From NCBI RefSeq assembly GCF_009914755.1, contig NC_060927.1: a stretch of 64,000 nt of DNA. The stretch is one strand, 5' to 3'. The stretch comes from the human T2T-CHM13v2.0 reference genome, Homo sapiens. Of the stretch, positions 1-14,950 are shown one piece after another (position 1 is the first letter of the stretch; every line of letters begins with the position of its first letter). A model generated the notes under the pieces. The model had not been told where the DNA came from, made no database searches, and saw only the letters and a list, made by a program, of their open reading frames with translations. The translations under genes and the position numbers were made by a program.

Positions 1-204
1 TTTTTCATAAAACAAAGTTCTGGTGCCCTCGCTTTGTGGGAGTGTTAAGCCGGGGCTTGGCTGGCCCAGAGGGTAGCCCGGCACTGTGTGCAAGGCCCGC
101 AATCCCCGACACCAACCTGGTAGGAACTGCTGGCCCTGGAATTCCTTTTCTGCAGACTCAGCATTTCAGGAGAGGATTCTTATGGTCTCCCTAAGCTAGA
201 CAGG

Positions 205-515
<311 letters not shown>

Positions 516-2469
516 CAGACCCAGGTCTTGACTAGCTGCCTGCTGCCCTGTTTGAATATCCCTGAGGATAGGACCCTGGGGAGTTCCCTTAGTTTCCAAC
601 GTGGGCTTCATCAGGGCATACAGGTTTTCGGTTTCTTTATTCCTCGCAGTATCATCAGAACCTAGCCTAGTGCCTGGCAGACAGTCAGCACTCTCCCTTT
701 GTTGGGTGAGTATAAGAATGGAGGGGCATCAAGGGAGACGGTGCAGAAGGGAAGATTCAGATTAAACCATAGGCTGAATTTGTCCAGGTGGCTCTGTGGG
801 GGAAGACTGAGGTAGTGTAGATAATCATTAACTAATTCCCCCAAAAATGATTTCCATATCCTAGGAAGGAAGCATGAGAGAAACGAAGAGTTAGTTCCAT
901 GGATCTTGGATATTTTTTTTTTCTCAAAAAAACTGACAAGTTATATTCCTATTTGAAGTGCAGAGTGAAACTGTATGGTTCTTTACAAAAGTAGAATGTC
1001 TTTGCTTATGCACAGGCCATATGGGACTCTGGAGTGGGTGTTTATAGTGCCAAAATAAACTCCCTAGATTCGCAGCCATGAGCAGTAAGGCTGGAGCAGA
1101 GTTTCTCTTTCACCTTAGAAAACTTGAATTTATTTTGAACAAATTAAAATAGAGTGGGCTTTTCCCATTATAAAACCAGTGCAAGCTTATTATGGAAAAT
1201 TGGGGAAATACAGAAAAGGCAAAGTTTTGTTGAGTAAACTTTGCAGAGCATAGGTAGGGGGCTGGTTGGTGGTGCAGGGATGAGCCCCAAGACAGCAGGA
1301 GACCAGAGACTGGAGGGCATTTCTAGGGCAACCTTGAGAGGTGGGCTTCATTGGGGCTACCTCTATGTTCTCAAGGCACAGATCCCATGCTGGAGATGTA
1401 TGTGGGATGGTGGTGTGGAGGGAAAGAGACGTGTTCTACAGCTGAGGCTTGGGGCGGGGTCTGTGTTGTCAGCCTGTTCCTGTAATTTCACATTATTGTG
1501 GCTGAGTTTTTGTGATCCCCAAAAAAAAGACTTAGTGTCTCCTTGGGAGGGTAGGGCGAGAAGCAGGTTAATTTTCTGCAAAGATCATGTATTGTCTTCA
1601 ACAGCAGTAGCTTCCAGAAGGTGTGCAGGGACCACAGGGAAACCATAATGAACCCTGAAGACCAACGGGGTTTATTCTTTCATCCAACAATGTCTGCTAC
1701 TCAGTACAGAGCCCTGTGCTGGGGATAAAGTGGTCAATGCCTGTCTTCTTAGAGCTTGCAGTTTGGTTTACATGGGTCCTCATTCTTGACTGAGAGAATG
1801 TGGGCCTATGATCATAGAACTTCAGGAGAGCCTGTGGTCCTACTGTCTGGTCCTACCCAGCTCAGTCCTTTGGAGGGGGGCCTCTTCACCTTCGCTGACC
1901 CACTCCAACATTATTGTCTGAGGTTTTTCTTAGCTCTCCTCTATTTACTTTTCCCCAGAGGTAGATGTTCTGGAGCTTGAAATAAGCAGCATGGGTCTTG
2001 GAAGAGATGGGTCACCAATGCAGGCCAGCCATCCTTTCCCTGCTAATAATGGGGGAAGAGTGGACAGCTGGGCTTTGGCCCAGGACCTGCCTACCACAGG
2101 ATGCTTTGTATCTCTCCTGTGATTCTCTCTCTGCAATGCTCTCAGAAAGTCAGTGTCCTCATCCAGCTTCCTCTTTTCCTCTCACAAAATGTGAATCAGA
2201 AGCATCCAGAATTTATACAAAAGGGGCTGGTGACAGCTTAAGACAGTACTCCATATATGGGATCTACATCAGGAGAGTCAAGCCTTGAGTCAAAGGGACA
2301 AATGCCAATGCTGGCTTCTCAGGCAGTGGTTAGGAGAGGATTGTTTTTGAATAGCTTTTTTGTAGGAGGACCTTGGTGTGAAAAGCAGAGGCCTGTGAAA
2401 CAAATACTTCTCACAACATACATATGGCCTCAGAAACTCATCCCTAATGAGGCATTTCAAGAATCTCTG

Positions 2470-2778
2470 GGCCGGGCACAGTGGCTCATGCCTGTAATCC
2501 CAGCACTTTGGGAGGCTGAGACAGGAAGATCACTTGAGGCCAGGAGTTTGAGACCAGTCTGGGGAACATAGCAAGACCCCATCCCTACCAAAAATTAAAA
2601 ATCAGCTGAGCATGATGGGATTTGCCTGTAGTCCCAGTTACTTGGGATGCTGAGGCAGGAGAGGATCCCTTGAGCCCAAGGAGTTCAAGGCTGCAGTAAG
2701 CCGTGATTGTGTCACTGCACTCCAGCCTGGGCAGTAGAGTGAGACCTTGTCTCTTTCTCTCTAACAAAAAGAGAAAAA
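2470..2778 (+). mobile_element. AluJ-type SINE
   Basis: ggccgggcacagtggctcatgcctgtaatccc start; J-like gaggccaggagtttgagacc and ttcaaggctgcagt; aatctctgg on both flanks (TSD-like). Confidence 0.93.
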
Positions 2779-3891
2779 TCTCTGGAGTTTCTTAGTTTTT
2801 TCCTTCTTTCTCCCTTCATAGCACCTGGCACTGCCCAAGACCTGTGACTATTATGACTCTTTCATCCAGGATCTCCTTAAACAGCTGTAGTTTTAAAAAT
2901 TCTGTTTCATCATCCACCTAGACCATTAAAATAGTTCAGAAGTTCTACCATTTTGGCATCTAAACTCTACTCGCTGTCTCATACCTAGAAGTAATTAAAA
3001 ACTATTTTGTTCATTTATGTTGGAAAGAGCTTTGGGAAATACAGTGACTGGGTTTCTCAGGATAGAGTGCAGTGCAGCAGCACTTTCATCACCAGAAAAA
3101 GAAGGGCCATTTGCTGTGGCTCAAAGGTCCTGGCTGTTCAGAACAGCTCCAACTTCTAATACTCCGTCCCAACAGTCAAACTCATAGGTTCTAAATTTTG
3201 ATTTTGAAAATATATCTCCATAGCTGGGAGGCAGTTACTTTTCTTTAGGGACAAGGACTTCTTGCCTGGTTGGAGGTCCCCAGGGAAGATTAGAGGCAGT
3301 ACTGTGAAGTTGCTGTGAGATTTCACACAGGGAAAATGAGACTTGCCCTTTTCATTATTATTTTTTTCTTCTACAGTTACTTCTTCAACTTTTTTTTTTC
3401 TCTGAAGACAGAGACTAAAATGTAGCAGTGGGTTCAATTTAGACATTGACTTAGAAAATAAAATGAGCCTCAGGTACCAGCAAGTTTGAATCAACCCCCA
3501 AGGGAAGGAGGATCCATCATGTAGTAATTGATTATGTCAGCTCTCCTTTGAGTGTGAGTTCATTCATTGTGGTGGGTGGCATCAGGGCTGACCTTAATCA
3601 ACCAGTAGATCCCATATTCTTGGACTACTCAAATTTCGATGCCACTTAGGAAATACAATGAATCTGTCATCAGGCCCTTGAATATTCTCCACATCTTGTT
3701 AAGTTTTCTTTCAAATTTATTATATAAATATTTTAATAATAAAAGTTTATGAAAGACAATGTAAAAATGTGTTAAAATACAGAAATAGAAACACCAATAG
3801 TATGATTATTGTTACCAAACATTGTGATTACTTTAATATATATCCTTGTCTTTTTTATGTGCATGGGTTTTTGTTAATTTTTAAAACACAA

Positions 3892-4203
3892 GGCCAGGTG
3901 CAGTCACTCATGCCTGTAATCCCAGCACTTTGGGAGGCTGAGGCGGGCGGATCACCTGAGGTCGGGAGTTTGAGACCAGCCTGATCAACATGGAGAATCC
4001 CCGTCTCTACTAAAAAAAATACAAAAATAGCTGGGCATGGTGGCACATGCTTGTAATCCCAGCTTCAGGAGGCTGAGGCAGGAGAATTGCTTGAACCTGG
4101 GAGGTGGAGGTTGTGCCGAGATGGCACCATTGCACTCTAGCCTGGGCGACAAGAGTGAAACTCCGTCTCAAGAAAACAAAACAAAACAAAACAAAAACAA
4201 CAA
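3892..4203 (+). mobile_element. AluSp/Sq-type SINE with (CAAAA)n tail
   Basis: ggccaggtgcagt...gtcgggagtttgagaccagcctgatcaacatggag...gacaagagtgaaactccgtctc plus A-rich tail. Confidence 0.93.
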
Positions 4204-4361
4204 CACAGATATCTCTACAGCAAATGCAATTTTTATCTTAAAAATTTTTTACTAAATATTATAGCATACTTAGTAATTAGTATTTGTTATTGACTATTCT
4301 TGACTGCTAGTCATTGTGTGGAGGTACTTTACTTACTTATCATTCCTCTCTTGAGGGCCAT

Positions 4362-4718
4362 TGCTATGCTCTGACTGTGTTCCCTGAAATTCTTATGTTG
4401 AGATCCTAACCCCCAATGTGATGATATTAGGAGGTAGGGCCTTTTGGGAGGTGATTAAGCCATGAGGGTAGAGCTCTCATAAATGGGATTGATGCCCTTA
4501 TAAAAGAAGCCTAAGGGAGCTCATTTGCCCTTCCACCATGTGAGGACACAGCTAGATGGCTCCATCTATGAACCAGAAAGTGGGCCCTCTCAGACACGGA
4601 ATCTGCTGGTGCCTTGATCTTGGACTTCCTACTTTCAGGACTTTGAGAAATAAATATCTGCTGTTAAAGCCTCCCAGTCTTTGGTATTTTGTTACAACAG
4701 CCTGTGCTGATTGAGGCA
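4362..4718 (+). mobile_element. ERVL-MaLR solo LTR (MLT1A/MST-like)
   Basis: TG...CA ends; MaLR motifs ccaccatgtgaggacacag, gccttgatcttggacttcc, agaaataaat, tggtattttgtta; near 5-bp TSD gccat/ggcat. Confidence 0.85.
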
Positions 4719-5764
4719 GGCATGTGGGCCTTTCACTCCTTTGGGTCTTCTCCATTTTATCCTTGGATCTAGCTGAACCATCAGCGCTTGGGCCAACTTG
4801 TTCTACACCCTTAAAAATGATTTTTTTCTGCCTTGTGTTTGGAAGGCTGCTCTCGGCCTCCTGGGGGAGATGCTTTGGGAACCGGCATGACAGGTGTGTG
4901 TTCTCAGGCTCTCAGTAGCATTCCAATGCCACGCCGGCCCTGCACGAGGCCTATTCTCAGGCCACGGCCCAGGAGCAGCTTCACTTCTTCTAAGCCACTA
5001 TTTTGTTTTTACTGATTATATACCATGTTGTTTAACAACCTAGATTCCTTCTCAAAACCAAGTTATAAGTTGATTCTCAGCAAAGGCATAAAACCTCAGC
5101 AGTTTGGATTACCCAAAAGGCAGTTCAAATACCTATCAGGTGCCCCAATCATTTATTGCTTTACTTTTTCATCTTCAATATGCCAATGGAACATTTTGCT
5201 ATCAGGAAATCTAGAAAAAAGGTTATTTTAATTCCAATAACATTTCAAATTTTAATTAAAAAAAATTTAAATTCAATAATTTCAATATGTTTTCTGTCTG
5301 GTCTAGTACTGTTTTTATTTGAATTGCCCACATGGGCGTTGGGGCCCCTAGAGGCCTTATAGCCACTCTTTGGACTTGCCTTAGCTCTGGGTTTTCTATT
5401 GTCTTTATTTTTCCATACATTGCTTCTTTATGTAGTTTGTTCTGCTGAATTGTAACTACTTTTGTAAGCCACCTCCAGTGATTTTGGTAATGAGATGGTA
5501 TATAACCATGAATAAAAATGCAATTTATTGGGTCAAAAAATGTGAACTTCTTGAGGCTATTGATGCATACTGCCAATTAACTTTCCTTTCTCTGATTACC
5601 TCCCTGGGCTGTCATCTGTTTTTTTCTTGGACTTTAGGACATTGGGCTGCTACTAAAAGGTCTAAAACTACTCTTAGCAATGAAATAAGAGGGTTAATGT
5701 TCACTTAGTTTGAAGACTCAGTGAATGCCATATCAATTTTTAAAATCTAACTCACTCTTTCTTC

Positions 5765-6165
5765 TGTTGTAGAGTGAGTTCCCTGGGAAGCTGACTCTGA
5801 AACTGGCAATGTGCAGGAAGCTTTTTAGAAAGTGCTCTTGAGATCCACAACTATGGAAGGGATTAGGAAAGAGACAGAATTAGGCAGAGGGTAAAGTTGG
5901 GCTGTGATACAGTTTCAATGAATTCCTCAGGATGACTCTATAGGGAGCTCTGATGCTGGGATGGCTCTTCAGAGTGGTCCTAAGTTGGAATAAGAAGGCC
6001 CCAGGTAAATCAAGCAATGGAGCAAGCTTCTCAGAGGAGCAAGTGAGACCTTGGGCAAGGCAGTTCCTACAGGGGGCTGACAGCTGGGGGTTATCTGCCA
6101 GGAGCACTGCAAGTCGCTGGGGGAATAAGTTCTTTCCTCTCAAGAGATCAGGATGGTGTATCATA
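5765..6165 (-). mobile_element. ERVL LTR (LTR16C-like)
   Basis: Reverse complement resembles the LTR16 3' end (cctgcaca...tcagagtcagcttcccagggaac) and internal ccccagctgtcagcccc / ccatcccagcatcagagctccc. Confidence 0.7.
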
Positions 6166-6659
6166 ACCTCTCCCTCATCCTCTTTGACAATAGAAGCCTT
6201 TAGGCATCACCTGATTTGGGGCATTGCTAGGTCTGTGATGTTTCTTTGCAAGAGAATTTAGCCTGCATTTGTGAATATCTTCCCTTTAGTCAGCATTCAG
6301 CACCATTGCCACCTATGATTTAGGAAATCCGCATCGTGGTTAGCCTTCTAATTTTATAATTACCTTTCCAGAATAATAACCTCATCCAGGTGTTTTGTAA
6401 CACAGAGCAGCAAGGGACATTAATTTCAATTAGAAGGGGAAAAAATACAAATTGAAGTGGAGTTGTGGCAAGAAAGAAAGCTCAAAACGCATTTCTTTGA
6501 GTGTACTTCATTTAGGTAATTAAATCTCTGCAATGCGACTGAACCATTGGCAGTGGTGCCCTTTAAGATGGATATTTAAAAAGTACATGACTCTGGAATT
6601 TGAAGCTGTTCTGGCTGCCCAGCACACATCTGGAAATAAAAGAGGTGCAGAGAGATTGA

Positions 6660-6691
6660 GGCAGGGTGAGACCTCGGCAGGGTGAGACCTC
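6660..6691. repeat. Perfect 16-bp tandem duplication (ggcagggtgagacctc)x2
   Basis: Read directly from the sequence. Confidence 0.9.
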
Positions 6692-7882
6692 AGGGAGGCA
6701 ACAGAGGTACAAAGAAGCATTCTTCCTTTGTGTTTTCACACTTAACATTTTTTCTTGGAATAAGAATCTGAGCCTTGTAAAAATGATTTCAAGTTACTTT
6801 CCAGCATTTTGAAAGGATAGTGAGGGAATTGAAGGCAAACGAAGGGCTGCGGACATTTACTGAAGAAAAAAGGTAAAGGTTTAAAGGTTCTTCCTGTCCT
6901 CTTCTTCCTCACTTGACTGAGGAAATCATGGATCTTGCTTTCTCTGGCTGGCTTGGCAGAGTTGCAGAGAACATGAATTAACATGGGTATAAGGACCCCT
7001 TCTCTTGGTGAACTGGCAAAGCTGGCAGGCATTGAGAGAGACAAGTTCATACGAGAAAAGGGGACACAGAAGAGAGACCTCTGCTCCCTCAGCCAAGATT
7101 CATGTCACCAAGAAGCAGCTGGTTCTGGGGCTCCTGGAAAGGGCTGTGTATTGTGGCTGGCATGCCAAAGGCTTTGGTCCCTGCTTAATATTTCAAATGA
7201 GTTGTGTAGGTGGAGTGCTCATGAGATCTCAGCATGGCCAAGGCCTGTCGGAGACCTTCTTTTAAACAGTTAAATCTCAGGGGGGTTGCTACAGTATCTC
7301 AAAAACAATTACACAGCTTTCCTCCCCCGAGAGAATTTTTCTGACTCTCTGGCTCTGGTCTGAGACAGGAAACTAAAATTGTTTGTCAGATTTATTCTTC
7401 TGGAGCTACCCCAAATGTTCCATTATAACTTTAGTTCACCCATAATGAAGGGAGAGCTGACACAGGGAAAGTGGCATTAAGGGTACAAGGAACTTGGCTT
7501 CTCTAATTCTGCAGGGTTAATATTGACAGCTGGAGAGTGGTCTGCTTTGGAAAGACGCACATGTTTAAGTCAAGCAGGGGAAGTACTTTATTAGCTGAGG
7601 TTTTTTAGGTTGACATAAGCTTTCTCATGTTTTTGAAAGGGGCAGGAAGCCTAATTTTGCATCTGTATAGATTGCTACATTTTTGATGCTTGTTATTATT
7701 ACTTTATGAGTTTAGTATTCACGTTTTCGGAGCTTTTTACACCCCTGTATACCTATCTGCATAAGTGGGGGCGCTGGGTAACTTAGTTATATAAACTGAC
7801 ATGAGTGGTATTAGCGCATCTTATCCCTCATCCCTTTAGAAATAGGACCCATCACAAACCAGTGGGGTACTCTTTTTAATGA

Positions 7883-8190
<308 letters not shown>

Positions 8191-9004
8191 TGAGAGCACA
8201 TTTCTTAAGGAACCAGTCACTGTAAATATCTTTTTTCTCAAATTCTTGACTGTATTCAACCTGTCATTCTCTAGGCAGAGAGGCCATAAGAATTACACTA
8301 CCTGCGATTTTTATGGTCCTTTCCTGCCTTAATACTTATAGGCACATGAGAAAGGGTGAAGTCTATTACTCTGGTAAGGCAGAATATCTATCATTGTCAA
8401 TCATGATTTAATCTAATTTAAAGACTTAGGCTTTTAGGCATTTAGTCCAACTGTTGTTGTTTTTTTTTGTCTTTAAGTGAATTGAGTCATTATTAAACTG
8501 GTTTATCCCAAACCCTGGATTAGCACTTCTTTTTATGCATCACCTTGCATTTTCATCTTAGTTCATTTGTTTAAATATTTTTCCATGTCTATTCTTTCCA
8601 GGGATTTGTGTATGTCTTCAACTTGCCATATATTTGGGGCTTCAGACTCACATGGCATTCAATAGTCTTAGAACCTCTACAGTTGTTAGTTATGTATTCC
8701 GCAGGGAGCGGCTTTTGAATAAAGGACTTTTTTTTTTGATCAGCTGAGACTTTTCTAGCACTTTCCTAGCCCAGTCTTGGCTGGTGCAGGGAGGAGCTAC
8801 ACTTTGGATATTTCTCCTCACTTCCTGGTTATATGGTAAATGTATCGCGTAAAGCACAAAGGATATTTCTCCTATAAAATGACGTTTTAGCTGTGAGATG
8901 CTTTACAATTCCATGTACATACTCTTCTTAGTAAATTGTCTCTGAAAGGGGAACACAGAGTATAGGAACTGCTAAGTTTCTGAGTTGATCTAACTGACTG
9001 ACTG

Positions 9005-9115
9005 ACCTTGTAGATGAGCAAACTGCTGCCCAGAGAGTTTAAGAGCCCTGCCCAAGATCACACAGTAGCAAATGAAGACCTAGATTTCCCAGTTCTGTGT
9101 TTTTAGTGTGATTTG
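9005..9115 (-). mobile_element. MIR fragment
   Basis: tagatgagcaaactgctgcccagagagtttaag...gcccaagatcacacag core-like motif. Confidence 0.6.
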
Positions 9116-9874
9116 CACTCCTTTTCCTCAGGACTAATTTTTAAAAACCTTCCAGAAACAACAACTTAATGGAGTTTTTTCTATTTCATTAGTTGCTTTT
9201 ACTTTATCATTTTCTCTTTTCTTTATAATTTCTTGAGGTGTTTTATGTCTATCATTATTTGTACAATGACACTCATTAATTTTAAATTTTCATTCTTTTC
9301 TAATACACACATTTAGCAATATAAAATTTCCTTTATATACTACTTTAATTATCTTCTACGGCTTTTGATATGTATTATTTTTATCATTATTTTTTCCTCA
9401 AGATTTTATTATATACATCCTGATTTGTTCTTTGACCCATAATGTACTTAAAAGAGTGTTTTAAAATGTCCAAATATGTGGGTTATTTAGGGTTATCTTT
9501 CTGTTATTGATTTCTAATTTAATTACACTGTAGTCAGAGATCATGGCCTCTATACTTTTCATTCTCTGGGATTTATAGCAAATTGCTTTGCAACCTTTTA
9601 TGTGATCTATTTTTGTAAATGTTTCATGTTGCTTGAATAAAGTGTGTAGTCTCTAATTGTTGGGAATAGTGTTTTATATAGAGCCATTAGATCAAGTATT
9701 TTAATTGTGTTCTATATCTTCACTAATTTTTTATTTGCTTAATTAGGTACTGAGACATGCATATTAAAATTTCTATTATGATTGTGGATTTGCTAATTTT
9801 TCTTTGTAATTCTGTAAAAGTGTGCTTCATAAATTTTGAAGCTGAGGTTTTAGAAAAAACTGCAGAGTTTATAC

Positions 9875-10057
9875 AGTGAAGGCAGACTGGCTGGGTCTGC
9901 ATTGTGGCTGTGCCGTTTACAAATGTTGAACCTTGGGAAAGTCACTTACTGTCTGTAATTCAGGATTCTCATCTGTGAAATGGGCTGCACCCTGAATATC
10001 ATTGTGAGAATTAAGTTATTTAATACATATAAAAAGGCACTTACAACAGTGTCTGGC
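9875..10057 (+). mobile_element. MIR
   Basis: ccttgggaaagtcactt...ttctcatctgtgaaatggg...ttgtgagaattaag...aggcacttacaacagtgtctggca. Confidence 0.75.
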
Positions 10058-10318
10058 AGTGTCTTTTTATATGTATGAAATCACTTAATTCTCATAATGA
10101 TATGGAGAGTCACAAAACATTCAGACTATAGATTATAGATATATACTCATTACATAGGGATAAAAGGAGCAGTTTGCAAATAATAATAATAACATACTGG
10201 CACAACAGTGTCTGGCAAATTGCTCCTTTTATCCCTATATAATGAGTATATATCTATAAATATGATGTTTTTGACATCTATATAGATATTACTATAGTCT
10301 GAATGTTTGTGACTCTCC
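9996..10318. repeat. Three nested local inverted repeats plus a 16-bp direct repeat (complex templated insertion)
   Basis: 10058-10103 = rc of 9996-10041; 10104-10131 = rc of 10292-10318; 10133-10177 = rc of 10215-10259; acaacagtgtctggca at 10043-10058 and 10202-10217. Confidence 0.9.
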
Positions 10319-10636
10319 AAAATTCGCATGTTGCAATCAAATCCTTAATGTATTGGTATTATGATGTGGAGCCTTTGGGAGGCCATCAGGGCTCTATTTT
10401 CATGAATGAGATAGTGCCCTTTTAAAAGAGGCTTGAGGGAGCCCCTTGGCTCTTCTGCCATGTGAGGACATATAGAAGCCACCATTTATCAGGAACAGGC
10501 CCTCACTAGATACCAAATGTGCTGGCACCTTGATTTTGGACTTGGCAGCCTCCAGAACTGTGAGCAATAATTTTTTGCTATTTATAAATTGCCCAGTCTA
10601 AGGTATTTTTTATAGCAGGCCAAATGGACGAAGATA
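10290..10636 (+). mobile_element. ERVL-MaLR solo LTR (MST/MLT1A-like)
   Basis: tactatagtctgaatgtttgtg start; gccatgtgaggaca; cagcctccagaactgtgagcaataa; 5-bp TSD gatat (10285-10289 / 10637-10641). Confidence 0.88.
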
Positions 10637-10908
10637 GATATAGATGTTTATCTCTACTTCTATGTTTGTATTTTTTGTTTAGTTTTCCTTTTCTAATATT
10701 CATGTTGCTATACCAGCCTCCCTGTACCCCTTAGTTGGCTATGCCCAGCATATATTTTTCCATCCATATACTTCTAAGCTTTATATGTTGTTATATTTCA
10801 GATAAGTCTCTGGTAAATAGAATATAGCAAGATCTATAAATATCCAATCCAAAAATTTCTGTTTTTTTAAATGAATACAGTAAATCCAATTAATTTGTAT
10901 AATTATGA

Positions 10909-11261
<353 letters not shown>

Positions 11262-11521
11262 TACTATAGCTTTTTTCTGTTCTTTTCTTTCCTACTGTCT
11301 CTTACATGAATACAATGTTATTTATTGCCCTTTTTAGCTTCTGCTGTTTTCGAAATGTATTCATTCTGCTCCTATTATTTTATGGGTTACAGTTTATTTT
11401 TTAACATGCATAGTTGATTGAAATAGGAACAACAACAACAACAATAACCATATTCTGAACAAATTAAGGATTTTAGGACATTTTAATACCGCTATATAGA
11501 TTTCTCCTTTTCCCATAACCA

Positions 11522-12201
<680 letters not shown>

Positions 12202-13844
12202 TAAGTCATTAATGTTGTTATTAATTTTATCTACTCATTCAATGCTTACATAACTTTACTCACATAGTTACCATTTTCCTTGCCTACCCCTGTTTTCTAT
12301 ATCCGATTCTTGCCTTTAGGGTTCAGTGTTTTTTTCAAATGCATCATTTTCTTTAGTAGATGTTTCTGTTATAATGAGTCTTCACTTCCTCACACTTCGT
12401 TTGAAAATGAATATTTCCACATGCTCCTTGGGTCAAGTATTAGCAATATATAGAATATTAGGACAATTATTTATTTTCTCTTAATCCTTTAAAGATATTA
12501 ATCTATTGTGTCCTGGCTTCTGTTGTCACTGGTAAGAGTCTGCTGTCAGTTTAATTATTGGTCTTGTAGATCATCTATTTTTTTCTCAGATCCCTTTTAT
12601 GGTGTTTCTTTTTGACTTTGATTTTATTGTATGTGCCTAGGGATAAGATTTTAAAAGTGTATCATTTTCAGAGCTCATTATTCTTCAACTCAGAATTCAT
12701 ATCTTTCATTAATTCTCGTAGTGTCTCATCTATTCTCTCTTGGAATATTATTTGCTTCTCTCTTTTGTAAAAGTTCTATTTGACATTTTTGACCTCTTTG
12801 TTAATTATCCATCTCTCTTCTTCAATTAACTATTCAGTTATGTTTAATTTGTTACTTACCTTGTGCGGTGAAATTTCAGTTTTAATGACTAATCAAAATC
12901 TTTTAATTTCTAAAAGTTCACTTGCCAATTCTTTTTTCACAGTTGTCTATTCTTTCCTTATGACTTGAATTCTTCTTTTATATATATGTAATCATTTTGA
13001 AGATTATCATTTGAGTCTTTTAAGACTATTATTTATCACAAGTTATATTATAGCCTGTTTGTTCTCTACACTGGGTCACTGTAAGTGTGGTTTGGAATTT
13101 TGGATTTTGAGCACATTTTCAGCAGAGCTTTTTCTTATCATTTTTTTCTTTTTTCCTTGGGGAGTCTCACAAATGCTGGGCTGTGAAAGAGTTCCTAGAG
13201 TGTGGGATTTCATTTGATTTAGCCAGGTGTCCTAGAGGTTCTTTTTCTTACTTAGGATTAAAACAAAATTTGTTGTTGTTTATTTCTGTACTTGGGGATT
13301 TCTGCTGCATAAATTTGAATGCCACATTCCTGTGTAGTATAAGGTTTTGGTCTTTGTTTTTTTTGTGGGAGACTTTAACAAATTCTTCTCAGAGTTCCAG
13401 AAAGGGACAAGCCATCTTGTTTTTCTGAGCCAGTGGGTGTGTTTTTTTTCCTAGTCTTCTCTTTTACAAGATATTAGCTTTTCCATGGCCTGGTTTTAGT
13501 CTGTGATTTTTGTTTTTGATTCTCATCTTCTGCGGACCCAAAGCCACATTTCCCCTTCCTCTGCATGTATTAAGACCCAGCTCCTTAGGACTTCTTTTCA
13601 GTCTGATATGACTCTGGAGTGTCATGACATTGGCCTATGGCTTTATCCTGCCTCTTTTTTTTGGCACCAAAGAAATTTTCATTTCTTTATTTTAATAAAA
13701 ACTGTGTATTTAATTTTTCTTTTGATCTGTAATTTTTATTTGGTTGTATTGATGGGAGGTAGAGGAATATTGTGTTACCTCAGTCTGCCATGTTTCCAGA
13801 ACCAAAAGACTTTAGATTTATTTTTTTATTATGGGAACATAAGA

Positions 13845-14950
13845 AAACCCATAAAAGATTAGTGAACAAATGACAATTTGGAGAAAATACTTAAAACATG
13901 TACAATACTGGATATTAATATCTTTAATAAAAAAGAGACCTACAAGTCAACAAGAAAAGATGAACAACCTAAAACAAATTGGATAATTTTAATAATAAGA
14001 AAGGCACGGAAAAAGTCAGTCTTTGTGGTAATCAAACAAACATCAATTCCAATAATGAAATACTTTATTTAGGCTATCAAATAGGAAAAATTTGAAAGCA
14101 ATGATAATGTCAATGGTTTTTTAAGATGTAGGAATATTAATACTCTTAAACATTGTTGATGGCGGGTCTGAGAGTAACTTTTTGAAAGGACAATTTGTGA
14201 ATATGAGTCAAAAATCTTAACAAACCGTATTCTTTAATACTCACACTTCTAGGAATTTTTACTAATAAACTAATTGGGCAAGTGTATAAAGATCTATGCA
14301 TAAAGATGAAGCATTGTTAGTAATGTCTAGTAATTGAAACAACCTAAATTTCTAAATGAGAAAATCATGGTAAATCCATTCAATGAAATGTAATAATCAA
14401 TTAAAGTAACACAGAAATATTCATTAGAATTGAAAAATATTTGTATATATTCTTTATTAATTAAAAATCAGAGACAAAATAAGTGACATAGTAGAAATCA
14501 AATTCATTTCTGTTTATTTGTATTTATATGCCCTTAAAAAATCTAGAGAGGCCAACATCAATATGTTAACTTGGTTTTGGCAGTGTGAGTGATTCTTATT
14601 TATTTATTTAAATCTGTACCTCACATATAGTTTGTGTCATGAAATGAGGTTAAATATTATAGTATATCCATAGAATAAATTTTTCTTGGCTATTAAAACC
14701 TGTGATTCTGAAGAATATTGAATAATATGAACAATGCTTAGAAAATAATATTGACATAAAATGAAGCAGGACACAAAACACAGTAGGTTTTCTATAAAAT
14801 GCAGTATATGAAATGTGCATATGCATATGGGATGAAATATGAATATATTAATGGTATTTATTAAATCAATCATTATTAACATTATATCAATAATGGTTAT
14901 TGCTAGATAAGTATCAGTGGCTTTTCTTTCTGCAATTTTGCATTATGTCC
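13845..14950 (+). mobile_element. Old L1M (L1ME-like) 3' fragments
   Basis: A-rich ORF2-end/3'UTR-like motifs (ttggagaaaatactt...caagtcaacaagaaaaga; cacttctaggaattt; gaaacaacctaaat). Confidence 0.6.
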
